A stretch of 59,136 nt of DNA, counting the filler, from Callorhinchus milii (lineage: Eukaryota), in NCBI RefSeq assembly GCF_018977255.1. It is 2 parts of 2 records of this genome, joined end to end, with 100 filler letters (N's around TTAATTAATTAA, not from the genome) between each part and the next. Parts side by side here need not be neighbours in the genome. Positions count along the whole stretch, not along the records: positions 1 to 29,533 come from NW_024705645.1; 1 more part is not named here. One strand, written 5' to 3'. Below are positions 1-12,044 of the stretch, piece after piece. Made by a program: the position numbers and the translations under genes. The notes beneath the pieces were generated by a model. The model saw nothing but the letters and a program-made list of their open reading frames with translations, did no database searches and was not told the DNA's origin. Each line of letters starts with the position of its first letter. Position 1 is the stretch's first letter.

Positions 1-429
1 GTTCAACAACAGCGTCTGCGCTCGAGGACCCGATGACTGGAATCCCAGAGAGACGACCGTCTTCCGGGAAAATGGGACATGTGCTCAGAAGCGGAGCTCA
101 GCCCCGGGTCAGACCGCGGTGGCTTTACCTTCGCTCACGCTGACCAGCACAGGCCATCATCACAACCACAGCCATCATAATCCCGGCCTTTGACACCGCG
201 GCTCATCGCGTCATCGAGACGTCTCGAAAGGGCTTCGCGGGATACGCCGTGAGGTGTAGTGACTGCTTTGCGGCCAAGTCGCTGTGCCCGGCACCTGTCA
301 GTCGGTCGTCTCTGCCTCTCCAGTCCGCGCTCGCAGTCCCGTTACAATACCCGACCCCTCCATCCGAGTTTCTCATCGGTCGAGGATGTTGTCAATTGGT
401 CACAAAATTAACCGTCTCTCCTCCTCCCG

Positions 430-900
430 CGAACTCGCTCACTCTCCCCACCCGCTCACTCTCTCCCCAACCGCTCGCTCTCGCTCATCTCTCCCCACCG
501 CTCATCTCCCCTTCACTCCCATCCTCTCTCCACCGCTCACTCTCTCCCACCGCTCGCTCACTCTCTCCCCACCGCTCACTCTCTCCGCTCACTCTCCACC
601 CGCTCACTCTCTCCCCATCGCTCACTCTTCCTCCACCTCACTCTCTCCCCCGCTCGCTCACTCTCTCCCCACCGCTCGCTCACTCTCTCCCCACCCTCAT
701 CTCTCCCCACCGCTCGCTCACTCTCTCCCACCTCATCTTCCCACCGTCGTCTCCCCACCTCATCTTTCCCCACCGCTCACTCTCTCCCCACCCGCTCGCT
801 CACTCTCTCCCCAACCCTCACTCTTTCCCCACCCACGCGCTCACTCTCTCCCCACCCGCTCGCTCTCCAACCCTAACTGTCTCCCCACTCACTCGCTCCC
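430..900. repeat. Pyrimidine-rich minisatellite (~22-bp unit CTCACTCTCTCCCCACCGCTCG)
   Basis: Degenerate tandem copies are directly visible; they explain the spurious Pro/Ser/Leu ORFs at 249-1094. Confidence 0.9.
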
Positions 901-1159
901 CATTGGTCCGTCCTACCAACCTCAAGCTTCCGATTGGTTTAAGGCGCTGCTCTTTTATTCCCGTCTCCTTCGCTGTGGGGGTTCGCTCGGCTCAGCGGCT
1001 CCCACTCTGCCCTCTATCACAGAGCTCGGGCCCCCCCTCAGTTTGGACTGAACTCACAGCCCAATGTCAGGAAAGAATGACAATAAAACACTAACGCTGC
1101 AGAGATCCTGAGCCGCTGCTGCCCTCGAGGCCTCCGGTTGTTCACCGGAAATGTGCAGT

Positions 1160-1425
1160 GGCTTCTGATTGGGGAACAGGAAGGAACTGGAGCCAAAGCT
1201 GAGAGTTTGCACCAATCACATTGAGAGCTGTTGGGGTTTGACCATTGCAGGTAAACACACCCGATACTGTCAGCCAATCAGCGAGAGCACCAGGGAACAT
1301 GTGCCGTGTGATTGGCCGGGGCTTTACCCACAGTAACCAATCAGGTTGGGATGTGCTCACCCCACACAAGGCAGGAGAGAGCGTCTGAGGGAACAGAAGC
1401 GGCGACATGGAGTGTGGAGCGACCG
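1160..1425 (+). promoter_or_regulatory. Putative TRIM promoter (clustered CCAAT boxes) and first exon
   Basis: CCAAT/ATTGG motifs at ~1168, 1213, 1274, 1311, 1338; splice donor CCG|GTGAG at 1426; matching acceptor TTTTGTCTTCAG ending 2455. Confidence 0.55.
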
Positions 1426-1899
1426 GTGAGGGTTTGACCTCCAAACACCACCGACGAGTGGAGGAGAGGCCGAGAGCAGCAGATCCTGTTTGAGAAAGAG
1501 GGAGAGACGATCGGACACTGAGGACACTATCCCGGGGAAAGGTCATGGTTTCCGACTCGATTACAGCTTCTGTTGTGTTTAACAATATATAAATATTGAT
1601 TAATTACGACATGTTCTTATATTGAAGTACACATAGTTTTTAAACAATATTAAGCAGATAAAATAGTGACTAACCTATAGAGAAATGGAGTTTGTCAGTT
1701 TGATTTATAAAATGAAATGAAGTTGAAGAAACAAAAGTCAGCGACTTAGACTGTGGAACAATCAGAGAAGAGAAACTGATCGCTTCTGAATCTCTCTGTT
1801 CGTAGTCACGACTTTATTTGCTTTAGATGTTCACTAAATGCTTTGTATACTTTTATTCATTGGCTATTGATTGATAAAATGAAGTTGAATTGTATTATT

Positions 1900-2390
1900 G
1901 TGAGGTCCTTCAGGGTAATGTTTGCAGCACTTGTCAGAGGAGTTGGGTTCGATTCCCAGGAGGTCGAAACTTTGGGCAAGTTTCCTTACCCCATGACTCT
2001 GTTTACTGAGCAGTAAGTTGAAACCTGATTGTCAGTCAATTGGCAGATCATTTTTCTGAGACTAATAATCCTTCAAAAATCCTTCAGTATTTTTAATAAA
2101 TAAATAAAATTTGGTCAATCAATCCACGATTGCCTGTGGGAAACTGCTGTGTGCAATTGTCTTCCACGTTTCGCCGACAAAATATACAGTGAATTCAGTT
2201 GATATTCTGTATAGCGCTTTGAGACGTCTCGAAGATGTGATCAGGCACAAAATAGTAAGCAAGGGTTATTATTGATTATTACACTGTTGTCGTCATTAAA
2301 ATTAACTTTACAGTAGCAGCGCTTTTAGACTTCTCGAAGATATGATGAAGTGCTATATCAAATGCAAAGATTATCATTATTTTTAATAAA
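1900..2390 (+). mobile_element. Degenerate tRNA-derived SINE
   Basis: B-box GGTTCGATTCC, GGGCAAGTTTCCTTAC motif, Deu-like core and duplicated L2-like tail. Confidence 0.7.
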
Positions 2391-2563
2391 CATTCTGAGA
2401 TCAGACCTTACGAATGGCCAAATGTGCTAAACATCTGTGTTCCTTTTGTCTTCAGGTGTCTGTCCCTTTAAACAGCAGTTGGTCTGTGATCCCCACCCAC
2501 ACAGCCTCTTCCTGGTTTGGGTAAAGGTGAAAGTCCCAAATAGAGCGAAGAGCTGATGGTGAA

Positions 2564-5500
2564 ATGGCGTCTGTACAGGAACTGGAGAACCTGAGAAATG
2601 AAGCCACTTGTTCAATCTGTCTGGAGTTTTACACGGATCCTGTGACTATAGACTGTGGCCATAACTTCTGTAGAGACTGTATTTTACAGTGTTGGGGCAC
2701 AGGGCAAGAAAGTGTGTCCTGTCCGCAGTGCAGGCAGCAGATTCCCCAGAGGAGTGTTCGGTCCAACAGAACTCTGTCTAACATTGTAGAGAGTGTTCAG
2801 AGACTGAGCCTGAATCCGAGGCTGGAAAAGGTGGGAATCCAGTGTGAAGAGCATGAGGAGAAGCTGAAACTGTTTTGTGAAATGGATCAAAGAGCGATCT
2901 GTGTGGTCTGTGCGATGTCCCATGATCACAAGGATCACACAGTCATTCCCATTAAGGAAGCAGCTGAGCTCCACAAGGTATGGAATTGATAAACCAGAAA
3001 TTTCATGTAGCGTCGGCGGTGCTTCAGAATACACTAAACATAGGACACAGGCACAGGAGGAGACCATTCAGGCCTTGAAGCCTGTTTGCCAATGCATTAG
3101 ATCATGGCTGATCTGTACTTCAACTGTAAACCCCACCTTTGCCCCATATCCCTTGATACCCTGACATAACAAAAATCTATCCACCTGAGTCTTAGTTCAC
3201 TGTGGAAAAATATGCTTCCTGATTTCACTGATGAATATAATAATAATAATAATAATCCTTGCATTTGATATAGCGCTTTTCATGTCGGGAGGACGTCCCA
3301 AAGCGCTGCACAGAACACTGTAAAGTGAATTGACTGTACATTTGTGGGCGAACGCGGCAGCCAATTGCGCACAGCAATATCCCACAAACAGTCGTAGATT
3401 GAAAATGACCAATTTATTATTTTTTGGGGGTTTTTGGAGGGATTATTATTAGGCTCTGTGTGGAGTAAGGAAACTTGCCCAAGGTTTTGCCCTGCCAGGA
3501 ATTGAACTCAGGTCTCTCGCTTGCAAAGCAAGTGCTCTAACCACTGAGCTACAGGACTCCACAGCTGATGAAGGTCTATTTCTAAGTATAATATTATTTC
3601 CCTTGTTCTCGGTTCTGTCACGAGAAGAAATAGTCCTGTAGATTTGTGGAGATTTGTGGAGTCCTGAAGCTCAGTGGTTAGAGCACTTGCTTTGCAAGCG
3701 AGAGACCTGAGTTCAATTCCAGGCAGAGGGCCAAACCTTGGGCAAGTTTCCTTACTCCACACAGAGCCTAATAATAATCCCTCCAAAACCAAAAACAATA
3801 ATAAATTGGTAATTTTCAATCTACGACTGTTTGTGGGACATTGCTATGCGCAATTGGCTGCCGCGTTCGCCCACAAATATACAGTCAATTCACTTTACAG
3901 TGTGTTCTGTGAAGTGCTTTTGGACATCCTCCCGATGTGAAAAGCGCTATATCAAATGCAAGGATTATTATTATAAATACTGTCTCTGTAGCTTCTGTAT
4001 TGAAATCCCTTATTATTTTAAACACCTCAATCAGATCAGCCCTCAACCTTCTAAACTGAAGGGAATATAGACTAGGTTTATGGAACCCTAAAGTGACCTA
4101 CTGTGAGCACAGCTGCCTATTTGCACATACCAATGTTGCACAACTTCCTGACTCAGAGGCCACAATCTGATTACTGAACCAGGTGTTTAATATGTAAGAT
4201 GGGTTTCATGACCAAATTAAAGTTTAGTCCAGCAAATGAAGCTTTGTCAATGTGCTGTTACACTCTGTGATGATATTGTGTACAGCCGGTCACTGAGCAG
4301 CAATCTCGCCGGCCTCTGGGTCAGAAGGTTGTGTGTTCAAGCCCTGGTGTTGGCTGGTTAGCTGACGGCACGTTAGGCAAATCCAGAATTTCTGAGCGGC
4401 CTCACCATCTGACTGTGTTGATCGAGTGGAATGGAATATTACAGCTCTGTCACACAAGTGGAATATCCTAAACCAGTAATAATGACTCTGTCATTATTGT
4501 CAATAATGTCCCTGTTTACTTACATTCACTTTGGTTCAGCAAAAGCTGCAGAAAGCCCTGGACACTCTTCAGAAACAGTTGGATGAAATGTCTCAGTGTC
4601 AGAGAGAAGAAGGAGCTACTCAACTGGAAGTGAAGGTGAGGGGTTTGCATATCCCATTGATATTGCTGTGTGACAAGCTTTCCCGCTGTTTCCAGCCAGA
4701 ACCACGCTTCAGGTTAGGGCTTGATATCGCAGGGTTAACAGGAGATGAGTGGGTTTACTCACTGCCCACAGTGACTCGTCTGCCTATCCAGGTCCTGTCG
4801 ATGTGCTGTGCTGTTATCAGCAGTGCCCTGGGATACTGTGGACCGGCCTGGCTCAGGAACTGGACAAGAGACCGTCACAGAGGCCTCTCTCGATGCCGCC
4901 ATTCCATTTCCAGGCAGGTCAACTTGGAGCCAGTTCAGTTCAGGAGACCTTGCTACCCACCCCCTCAGGAGGATATCACCAGGTTCATGGGCAATGTAAC
5001 CGTGACTGACAGGCTGAGCCCCTGTTCTTGTGTCGGATAATGTTAACATTGTTTTTATTGTGACAGAGACAAGCCAAGCGTTTGAAGAAGAACATCGACG
5101 CTGAATTTGCCAAACGTCACCAGCTGCTGACTGAGGAGCAGCGAGACCTGATCACCAAACTCAGACAGCAGAAGGAGACCATCTTAGGACAAATAGAAAA
5201 CAATAAGAGCCACATCTCCAAGCAAATTACTTCTATTAACCAGAGAATAGCAGAAATCCAGACAAGACTGACTCTCCAGAACACCGAATTCCTGAAGGTA
5301 CATAGAATGTGTGTCTGGTGTGATAGACAGACAGTGAGTGTGTTAATGCTGGTGTGTGTCTGTTGTGATAGACAGACAGTGGTTCATGTTGGTGTGTGTC
5401 TGGTGTGACAGACAGACAGCGAGTGTGTTAATGCTGGTGTGTGTCTGTTGTGATAGACAGACAGGTGATGGCGTTAAAGCTGAATTTTCAAAGAGTTACA

Positions 5501-7621
5501 GGTGAAGGGGAAGGATTGTATGTGACCGAGTACTACAATCTGCTGTGACTCCAATCAGAATTTTAGTTTTGATTAACTAAAACAGTAGATTACTGAGAAT
5601 ACGACACTGGCTTAAATTGTCACCACCACTTCAGTCTTCATGTTCTCGCTATCTCGGCCACATTTATTTATGTATTGCTACATAACCAGCTACTCCTCAT
5701 ACCTCGTCACTGAGACCTGTTGTCTCGGAGAAATGCGTTATGAGTTTATCTCAATTTAACATGAATCGCAGCACAATGTTCAAAATCATCTCGATGGCTG
5801 TGTGCAAGATCGACTCTAACGCTCCTTGTTTTTATTTCCTCCTCAGGATATCAAATCCATCATTGACAGGTCTGTAATCTTTCCTTATGTCAATCCAGTT
5901 TGTGACATTCCTCGTGCAGTCCTGTAGCTCAGTGGTTAGAGCACTCGCTTTGCAAGCGAGAGACCTGAGTTCAATTCCAGGCAGAGGGCGAAACCTTGGG
6001 CAAGTTTCCTTACTCCACACGTCTAATAATAATCCCTCCAAAACCAAAAACTATAATAAATTGGTCATTTTCAATCTACAGCTGTTTGTGGGACATTGCT
6101 GTGCGCAATTGGCTGCCGAGTTCACCCACAAATATGCAGTCAATTAACTTTACAGTGTGTTCTGGGAAGAGCTTTGGGACTTCATCCCAACGTGAAAAGA
6201 GCTATATAAAATGCAAGGATTATTATTATTATTCCCTGATCCCATTGTGTAACAGGAGGTGATAGAGAAACATACGTGTGTGAGCCCAGAACATTATACC
6301 TATACGGTCTATCTTCAAATACTACAGGAAATTGTGATCATAATAATAATCCTAGCATTTGATAGAGAGCTTTATCAAACCTTTGAGATGACTCGAAGCA
6401 CTGTTAGAATACACTGTGAAGGGAATTGATTGTGGGCAAAATACGGCAGGTTGCATAAACTTGGTCTCCATTCGACCAACATTTTTTTCAAAGGAGTATT
6501 TCCCCCGTAAAATTACTCCCCCAATCGATAACCACCTGGGACCCTAATCTGGTATAAGTAGGAAAGTACTGAGGTGTGAAGTAAGGAAACATATCTAATG
6601 TTATGTCCTACCTGGGAATCGAGCGAGAGTCCTCTGGCTTGTGAGGAGAGCGCTCTAAACACTAAGGAACAGGACTCCACAATGGAGGTGATGGTGAAAA
6701 TCTGAGACATCGATATTGTGTCTGAATTTAATGAAACAAATCTCTATCTGTGCCCAGGTCTGGTGTTGACATCAAGAAACCCACAAAAGTGTCTGTTGAT
6801 GTGGCTGAGAGGGACCTCATTGGGCCTCTGCAGAGCAGAGAATGGAAACTCCTGTTAAAGGGCATCATTGCAGGTAACACTGGCTCTTACTGTGTTCCTG
6901 TGATTGGAGTCTGACTCTGGGTATTGATGTGGAGTAAATATCTTGTTCTCACTTCTCATCCCCTCGGTCGGGAATGCTGAATAAGATCATTGGGAGCTGT
7001 AACCTGAGACACACAGAGCAGGAATCCAAACCTCACTGAATGAACCATTGAAATATAATATCAACCGTTCACCACACGATCTCCAACATGTCAACGTTCT
7101 CTGTTTCAGCTGCAGCCTCTCTGACTCTGGATCCGAACACAGCCCATCCCCGGCTCATCCTGTCTGAGGACCGGACCCGAGTGAGACTCGATGCCAGACG
7201 GCATGTTCCTCTCAGCCTGGATTGGTTCATTCACATGCCCAGTGTCCTGGGGTCTGAGGGGTTCACATCAGGGAGACATTATTGGGAGGTGGGGGTGGGG
7301 AACAGCACAGACTGGATAGTGGGGGTGGCTCGAGAGTGTATGCGCATGAAGTGGCATTTCATAGATGGACCTGAGGCTGGAGTCTGGGCTGTGGAGCTGA
7401 TGAATGGGCGATATGAAGCTCTTACCTCACCTCCTACACCCCTCCCCCTGAGTGTGAGCCCCCGGGTGCTGGGCGTGTACCTGGACTATGCGGGAGGACA
7501 GGTGTCGCTGTACGACGCCGACCACATGTCTCATCTCTTCACTTTCACCCACACGTTCACTGGGAACCTCTTCCCTTATTTCAGCACACGGTGTCGCACT
7601 GAACTGACACTGAACCCCTGA
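2564..7621 (+). CDS. TRIM E3 ubiquitin ligase, RING-B-box-coiled-coil-PRY/SPRY (TRIM39/TRIM27/NF7-like), ~463 aa; exons 2564-2977, 4540-4635, 5067-5297, 5847-5869, 6758-6873, 7110-7621
   Basis: [29 protein letters not shown]-box [13 protein letters not shown]30.2 motifs LDPNTAH, GRHYWEV, LDYAGG. GT-AG exons of 96/231/23/116 nt are the canonical class-IV TRIM layout; phases are consistent and the summed CDS is 1392 nt. Confidence 0.93.
3237..3562 (-). mobile_element. tRNA(Ala)-derived Deu-domain SINE, full length
   Basis: Reverse complement of GTGGAGTCCTGTAGCTCAGTGGTTAGAGCAC..TTGCAAGCGAGAGACCTGAGTTCAATTCC head, TTGCTGTGCGCAATTGGCTGCCGCG core, GTGAAAAGCGCTATATCAAATGCAAGG(ATT)n tail. Confidence 0.9.
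3656..3974 (+). mobile_element. tRNA-derived Deu-domain SINE, full length
   Basis: Same head/core/tail as the other copies. Confidence 0.92.
5914..6233 (+). mobile_element. tRNA-derived Deu-domain SINE, full length
   Basis: Same head/core/tail; lies in a TRIM intron. Confidence 0.92.
6340..6680 (-). mobile_element. Degenerate tRNA-derived SINE
   Basis: (AAT)nCCTAGCATTTGATA tail and ...CAGGACTCCAC head on the minus strand. Confidence 0.75.
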
Positions 7622-7689
7622 CAGGGGTGAGGGAGGCCAATCAGAGAGAGGGTACAGGGGTTACTGGGCAGAGAGTGGAGGTGACGCAG

Positions 7690-8095
7690 GAACATAGAAA
7701 CATTCAGCCCCTCGAGCCAGTTCGGCCATTCTGTAAGATCACGGCTAATCTGTACCTCAAAGCCAGTTACCGGCCTTTGACCCGTATCCCTTAACGCCCC
7801 GACCTGACAAACATCTCCCCACCTCCGTCTGGACAATGTGAATGGATCCAACCATAATCCACAGCCTTTTGTGGGAGAGAGTTCCAGGTACCCACCGGCC
7901 TTTGAGTGAAAAACTGCCCCTAATTTCACTCCTAAATGTCCCGGCTCTAATGTTAAGACGATGGCCCCCTTGTTCTGGATTCTAATTTCTCTGTATCTAC
8001 GCTATGAAATGTCTTTATTGTTTTAAAATCCTTAATCAGATCACCCCTCGTCCTTCTAAACTGACGGGAATAGCAACCAAGTTTCTGTAACCTGT
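7690..8095 (-). mobile_element. CR1 LINE 3' fragment in TRIM 3' UTR
   Basis: Reverse complement of CR1 ORF2 end and 3' UTR; similar to the copies at 23610-23890 and 24098-24873. Confidence 0.8.
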
Positions 8096-8119
8096 TATTG
8101 TGATTGAACCCTTTAAGCA

Positions 8120-8716
8120 CTGGTCCACGCCTTTATCACCTCAAGGCTGGACTATGGGAACTCTCCTCGCCGGCCTTCCCGGCCCTCCCTCCACACTGCA
8201 GGTCATTCAGAACTCTGCAGTTCGTGTACTGTCCCTCACCAGGCTTCGTGACCACATCACACCCAACCTCGCTTGCCTCCACTGGCTCCCCATCCCCCAT
8301 CCTGACCTATAAGGCCATTCACAGCCTCGCTCCCTCCTACCTCTCTGACCTAGTATCCACCTACTTACCTGTCCGTACCCTCCGTTTCTCTGGCTCCGGT
8401 CTGCTCCATGTCCCCCGCCCCAACCGCCCTACCATCGGTGGCCGAGCCTTCAGCCTGTCAGCCCCCAGGCTCTGGAACTCCATCCCCCAGTGCCTTCGCC
8501 TTTCTTCCTCCCTTTCCTCCATCAAGGCCGGTCTCAAGACCTTTCTCTTCGACCGTGCCTTCAGCTCCCCTCTCGAATCTCTACCCCCTCCTCACTCCCT
8601 CCCTTCACTCCCCTCATCCTGACCATTTCCCCCCTGCTCGGGTCCCGACTCAACTGTCCAGCGCCTTGGGACATCCTCCCGGCGTGAAAGGTGCTCTGTC
8701 AATGAAATCTTGTTGT
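8120..8716 (+). mobile_element. L2 LINE 3' fragment
   Basis: Translations LQVIQNSAVRVL..DHITPNLACLHWLP and YKAIHSLAPSYLSDL..GGRAFSLSAPRLWNSIP..LKTFLF are typical of the L2 ORF2 C-terminus; L2-type tail follows. Confidence 0.9.
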
Positions 8717-8794
8717 AAGCCCTGGGATGTCCTCCCGATGTGAAAGGCGCGATATACAAATGCTATTTTGTGTTTTGTGTTGTGTTGGTATCAC

Positions 8795-8800
8795 AATAAA
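8795..8800 (+). terminator. Candidate TRIM polyadenylation signal AATAAA
   Basis: AATAAA followed by a GT-rich tract downstream of the last exon. Confidence 0.5.
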
Positions 8801-9774
8801 ATGAACGGATTTACAATCTTTCTGTGTGACGTGTGAGGCTGTGATGTCAGGATTGGATGTGATGAGATGTGAGACACGACACAGAATGAGGAGCAGATAC
8901 AGGAGACTGCGGTGTCACAGGGCGGAACAGTCTATATGGAGTTGTCACTTTTAATATCAGACTATATGGATATGACACTGTTAATACCGCACTATAAAGA
9001 GGTGTCACTGTTAATATCAAGCTATATGGATGTCTCTCTCTGTCACTATATTCCTTTATTTCTGTATCTTTCTAACTGTTGTTTGGTACCTCTGTCTCTC
9101 TCTTAGTCTCTGTCTCTCAAGGTCTCTGTTGCTGTCTCTGTCTGTTTCTCTGTGTGTCTCTCTCTCTGCCATTCTCTGTTTCTCTCTGTGTCTCTCTCTG
9201 TATCTTTCTCTCTCTCTCTGTCCCCCCGGTTCCTGAGCCAGGCTGAGCCCACAGTCACTGTCTGCCACAGAGCGGCCCAACCTGGCTCAGCAGGACTGGG
9301 AGGAACAGACCAGACCCTGGGACAGGGACTCTTCCCACTGAGCTCCTGTTGTGGGGTTCTGCAGCTTATTGGTTACTGCACTCACCTCACAGGAGGACCC
9401 TGGTTTTATCCCTGAACAGGGTGACAAGTTGGGCAAGTTTCCTTATTTCACACCACTCCTCTGTTTACCTGGGAGCAAGTAGGAACCCAGGTGTTAGATC
9501 ACATTCCAGGGTTAATAATACCTTCAAATTAAATAATAATTTGGTTATTCAATCCATGACACACACACACACACACACGTGTGCACACACAGACAGGCAG
9601 CAGGCAGACTGTTAATATCAGTCGATATGGAGGTATCATTGAGAATATGTACACACATTTACAAACACACAGACACACATAGATAAACTCACACATGTAC
9701 AGACACACATACAATCACACACACATACCCACTCACATACACAGACATACTACACAGCTCAGCTTCCCTCAACC

Positions 9775-10400
9775 ACAAACAACAACAACTTGCACTTATA
9801 TAGCGCCCTCCATGTAGGGCAGCGTCTCAGAGCTTAACAGTGATGGAGCCTGACTCCAAGCCGGGGGGGGGGGATTGGCGGAGTTGGCTGTAAGCACAGT
9901 CGAAAAGGAAATTTTCAGGTAGAATTTGAAAAAGGGGAGTGCGGGGGCAACGCGGAGGGATTGAACGAGAGAGTTCCAGAGATTTCTGGCATAGTGACTG
10001 AAAGCGCGACCTCCGATGGTGGAGCGGAGAGTGCAAGGGACGCGAAGGAGGCCGGTGCCACTCGACAGTAGGCGCTGACCGGGTGATGGATTGAAGGAGG
10101 TCGGAGAGGGAGGGAGGTACCAGGGAGTGAAGGGGTTTGAACATGAGAGCGAGAGGATCTTGAGGTTGGTCGATTTGGTGATGAGGAGCCCGTGGGGCCC
10201 GGGCCAGAGCCTGTGAGCGGTGGGGACAGAGTTTGGTTGGGGTCAGTCTGCGGGCAGCAGAGTCTGAATCCGGGCGGGAGGTGACAAACACGTGCCAGAC
10301 GGTTTCGGCTGCAGTCGGGATCAGGGACGGTCAGAGGCGCGCAATGTGGCGGAGGTGGAGAAAGGCGGTCCTGGTCGGGGACAGCATGTGGGGGAGGAAG
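9775..10400 (-). mobile_element. L2 LINE 3' fragment
   Basis: Minus strand encodes LMFKPLHSLVPPSLSDLLQ and frameshifted GGRAFS/WNSL motifs; (TTG)n tail at ~9775. Confidence 0.8.
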
Positions 10401-10994
10401 GACAGCTGGGATTGATTTTCATAGCTCTTTTCTCAGTGCCGGAGCAGACACAATGGGTCAAATGGTCTCCTTCTGTGCTGCATAATTGTATGATTCCAAG
10501 CTAGAATGTAGGTTAACAGAACCGGCAAATAAATCCAGCGAAACTGGATAAATGAATTCCTCGGACAGACTGTGAGCTTGATGTTGAGACTCCTCAGCAA
10601 TTCCTGATTCAATACTGCTTTCAACGTCAGTGTTGCTCCTCCAAGATAACCAGACAGAGGTGCTGTCCAACTCCACCCTGTAAACTTGACTTATCAACAG
10701 AGTTCATCCTGAGCACAACTGCACAACACTTTAGGGAAAGTTATCTTTGAAAGGGGATGAGAGACACACCCAGTGTTTGCAAAGGCAAAGCTAAATTCCA
10801 GCAACTGCAATGCACACAGCACACTCTGGGAATCCCCTCCACCCCCACACTCCCTGCTCCCCAGGCCTTGGCACTTGCCAACCTGTTCCTCATACAGTCA
10901 AACATGTAGTCAACAATCATTCAGTGAATTGGCCCAAAGTATAAAGGGCGGCCTCTGAGAAAGGGCTGGTTGTTAGCAGAGGGTGGGGGCTCAA

Positions 10995-11410
10995 TACAAT
11001 AATACTTGCATTTGATACAGTACCTTACCATGACATTAAGACATCTCAAAGCACTTCAGAGAGGAATAAAGTATAGTGACTGTGTATTTTAGGGGTGAAA
11101 CACGGAAGTGAATAGCGCACTCCTAGGTAGTAGCCTCCGCTGGAGCAATGCTGACTGACCGACGTCCCACAAATAGTCATGTATTGAGTGACTAAATTGT
11201 TATTATTATTGAAAAGATAATTACCCCCGAAAACTGATCCGCCAATCGTCTAACAAGTGGGTTCCTACTTGCTGCAGGTACTTGTGTGTGAATGTGTGGA
11301 AAGCAAGGAATCATCCTTGTCAGGTTGTGCCCTGACCATCTGAGGAATTGAACCCAGGCCTTCTGGCTTGTGAGGACAGGTTCTAACCACTGATCTAAAG
11401 GACTTACAGG
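10995..11410 (-). mobile_element. Degenerate tRNA-derived SINE
   Basis: Tail CTTGCATTTGATA and head TTCTAACCACTGATCTAAAGGAC. Confidence 0.65.
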
Positions 11411-11689
11411 TCAAGAACACGTGTTGAAGAGCTTCATGGGGAGGGGGTGGCAATGGTGACAGGATCCCCACACGATGAGAGTCCCAGAGATACATGAAAC
11501 CGTGAGAGACAATTCCCCACGCCCCCACACCCCAACAGGAACAGCTGAAGAGAAAGAGAAGAGCCCACCCCCCGCCCCACCCCCCACCACCTATGGACTG
11601 TTAGAGTAAGAGAGGACCCCCTCTCCACAGGGTCAGTTAGAGAGAGAGAAGACCTCACCCCCCCAATATGGACAGTTAGAGAGACAGTA

Positions 11690-12040
11690 TACAGGGTCTT
11701 ATCATGTCTTCGAATCGTCTCAAAGGGCTTCAACGGATTTACTGTAAAGTTTAGAGTCTGGGTTTTGTGTACGAAACGCGGCAGCTGATTTTGCCCAACA
11801 GCATCCCACACACAGTCATGTGAATTTTCAAGGTATATTTGTGGCCAAAATGTGGCAGCCATTCGCACACAGCAATGTCCCACAAACAGTCTTGGATTGA
11901 AATGACCAATTTATTATTGTTTTTTTTGAGCGATTATTATCAGGTGTGTGGAGTAAGGAAACTTGCCCATGGTTTCAAACTGCTGGGAATCAGGTCTTGC
12001 TTGCAAAGTGAGTGCTCTGACCACTGAGCTGTAGAACTCA
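11690..12040 (-). mobile_element. tRNA-derived SINE (variant shared with 16492-16806)
   Basis: Head ACCACTGAGCTGTAGAACTC and core CAGCAATGTCCCACAAAC. Confidence 0.8.
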
Positions 12041-12044
12041 ACAT

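Larger units (their letters stand above)
3035..4090 (-). mobile_element. CR1 LINE 3' fragment interrupted by two SINEs
   Basis: CR1-type 3' UTR (ACATAGGA..GACCATTCAGGCC..GATCATGGCTGATCTG) and ORF2 end; pieces at ~3035-3230, ~3590-3640, ~3976-4090. Confidence 0.7.

Noticed and set aside
249..1094. 281-aa and 255-aa ORFs
   Set aside because: They are produced by the stop-free C/T-rich minisatellite.
3656..3730. tRNA-Ala(TGC)-like sequences at SINE heads
   Set aside because: They are always fused to the same SINE body and tail and lack a proper acceptor stem; not tRNA genes.
10620..10685. Antigen-receptor J-segment-like reading (YLGGATLTLK) in the triplicated block
   Set aside because: It lacks the F/W-G-X-G motif and a recombination signal sequence.
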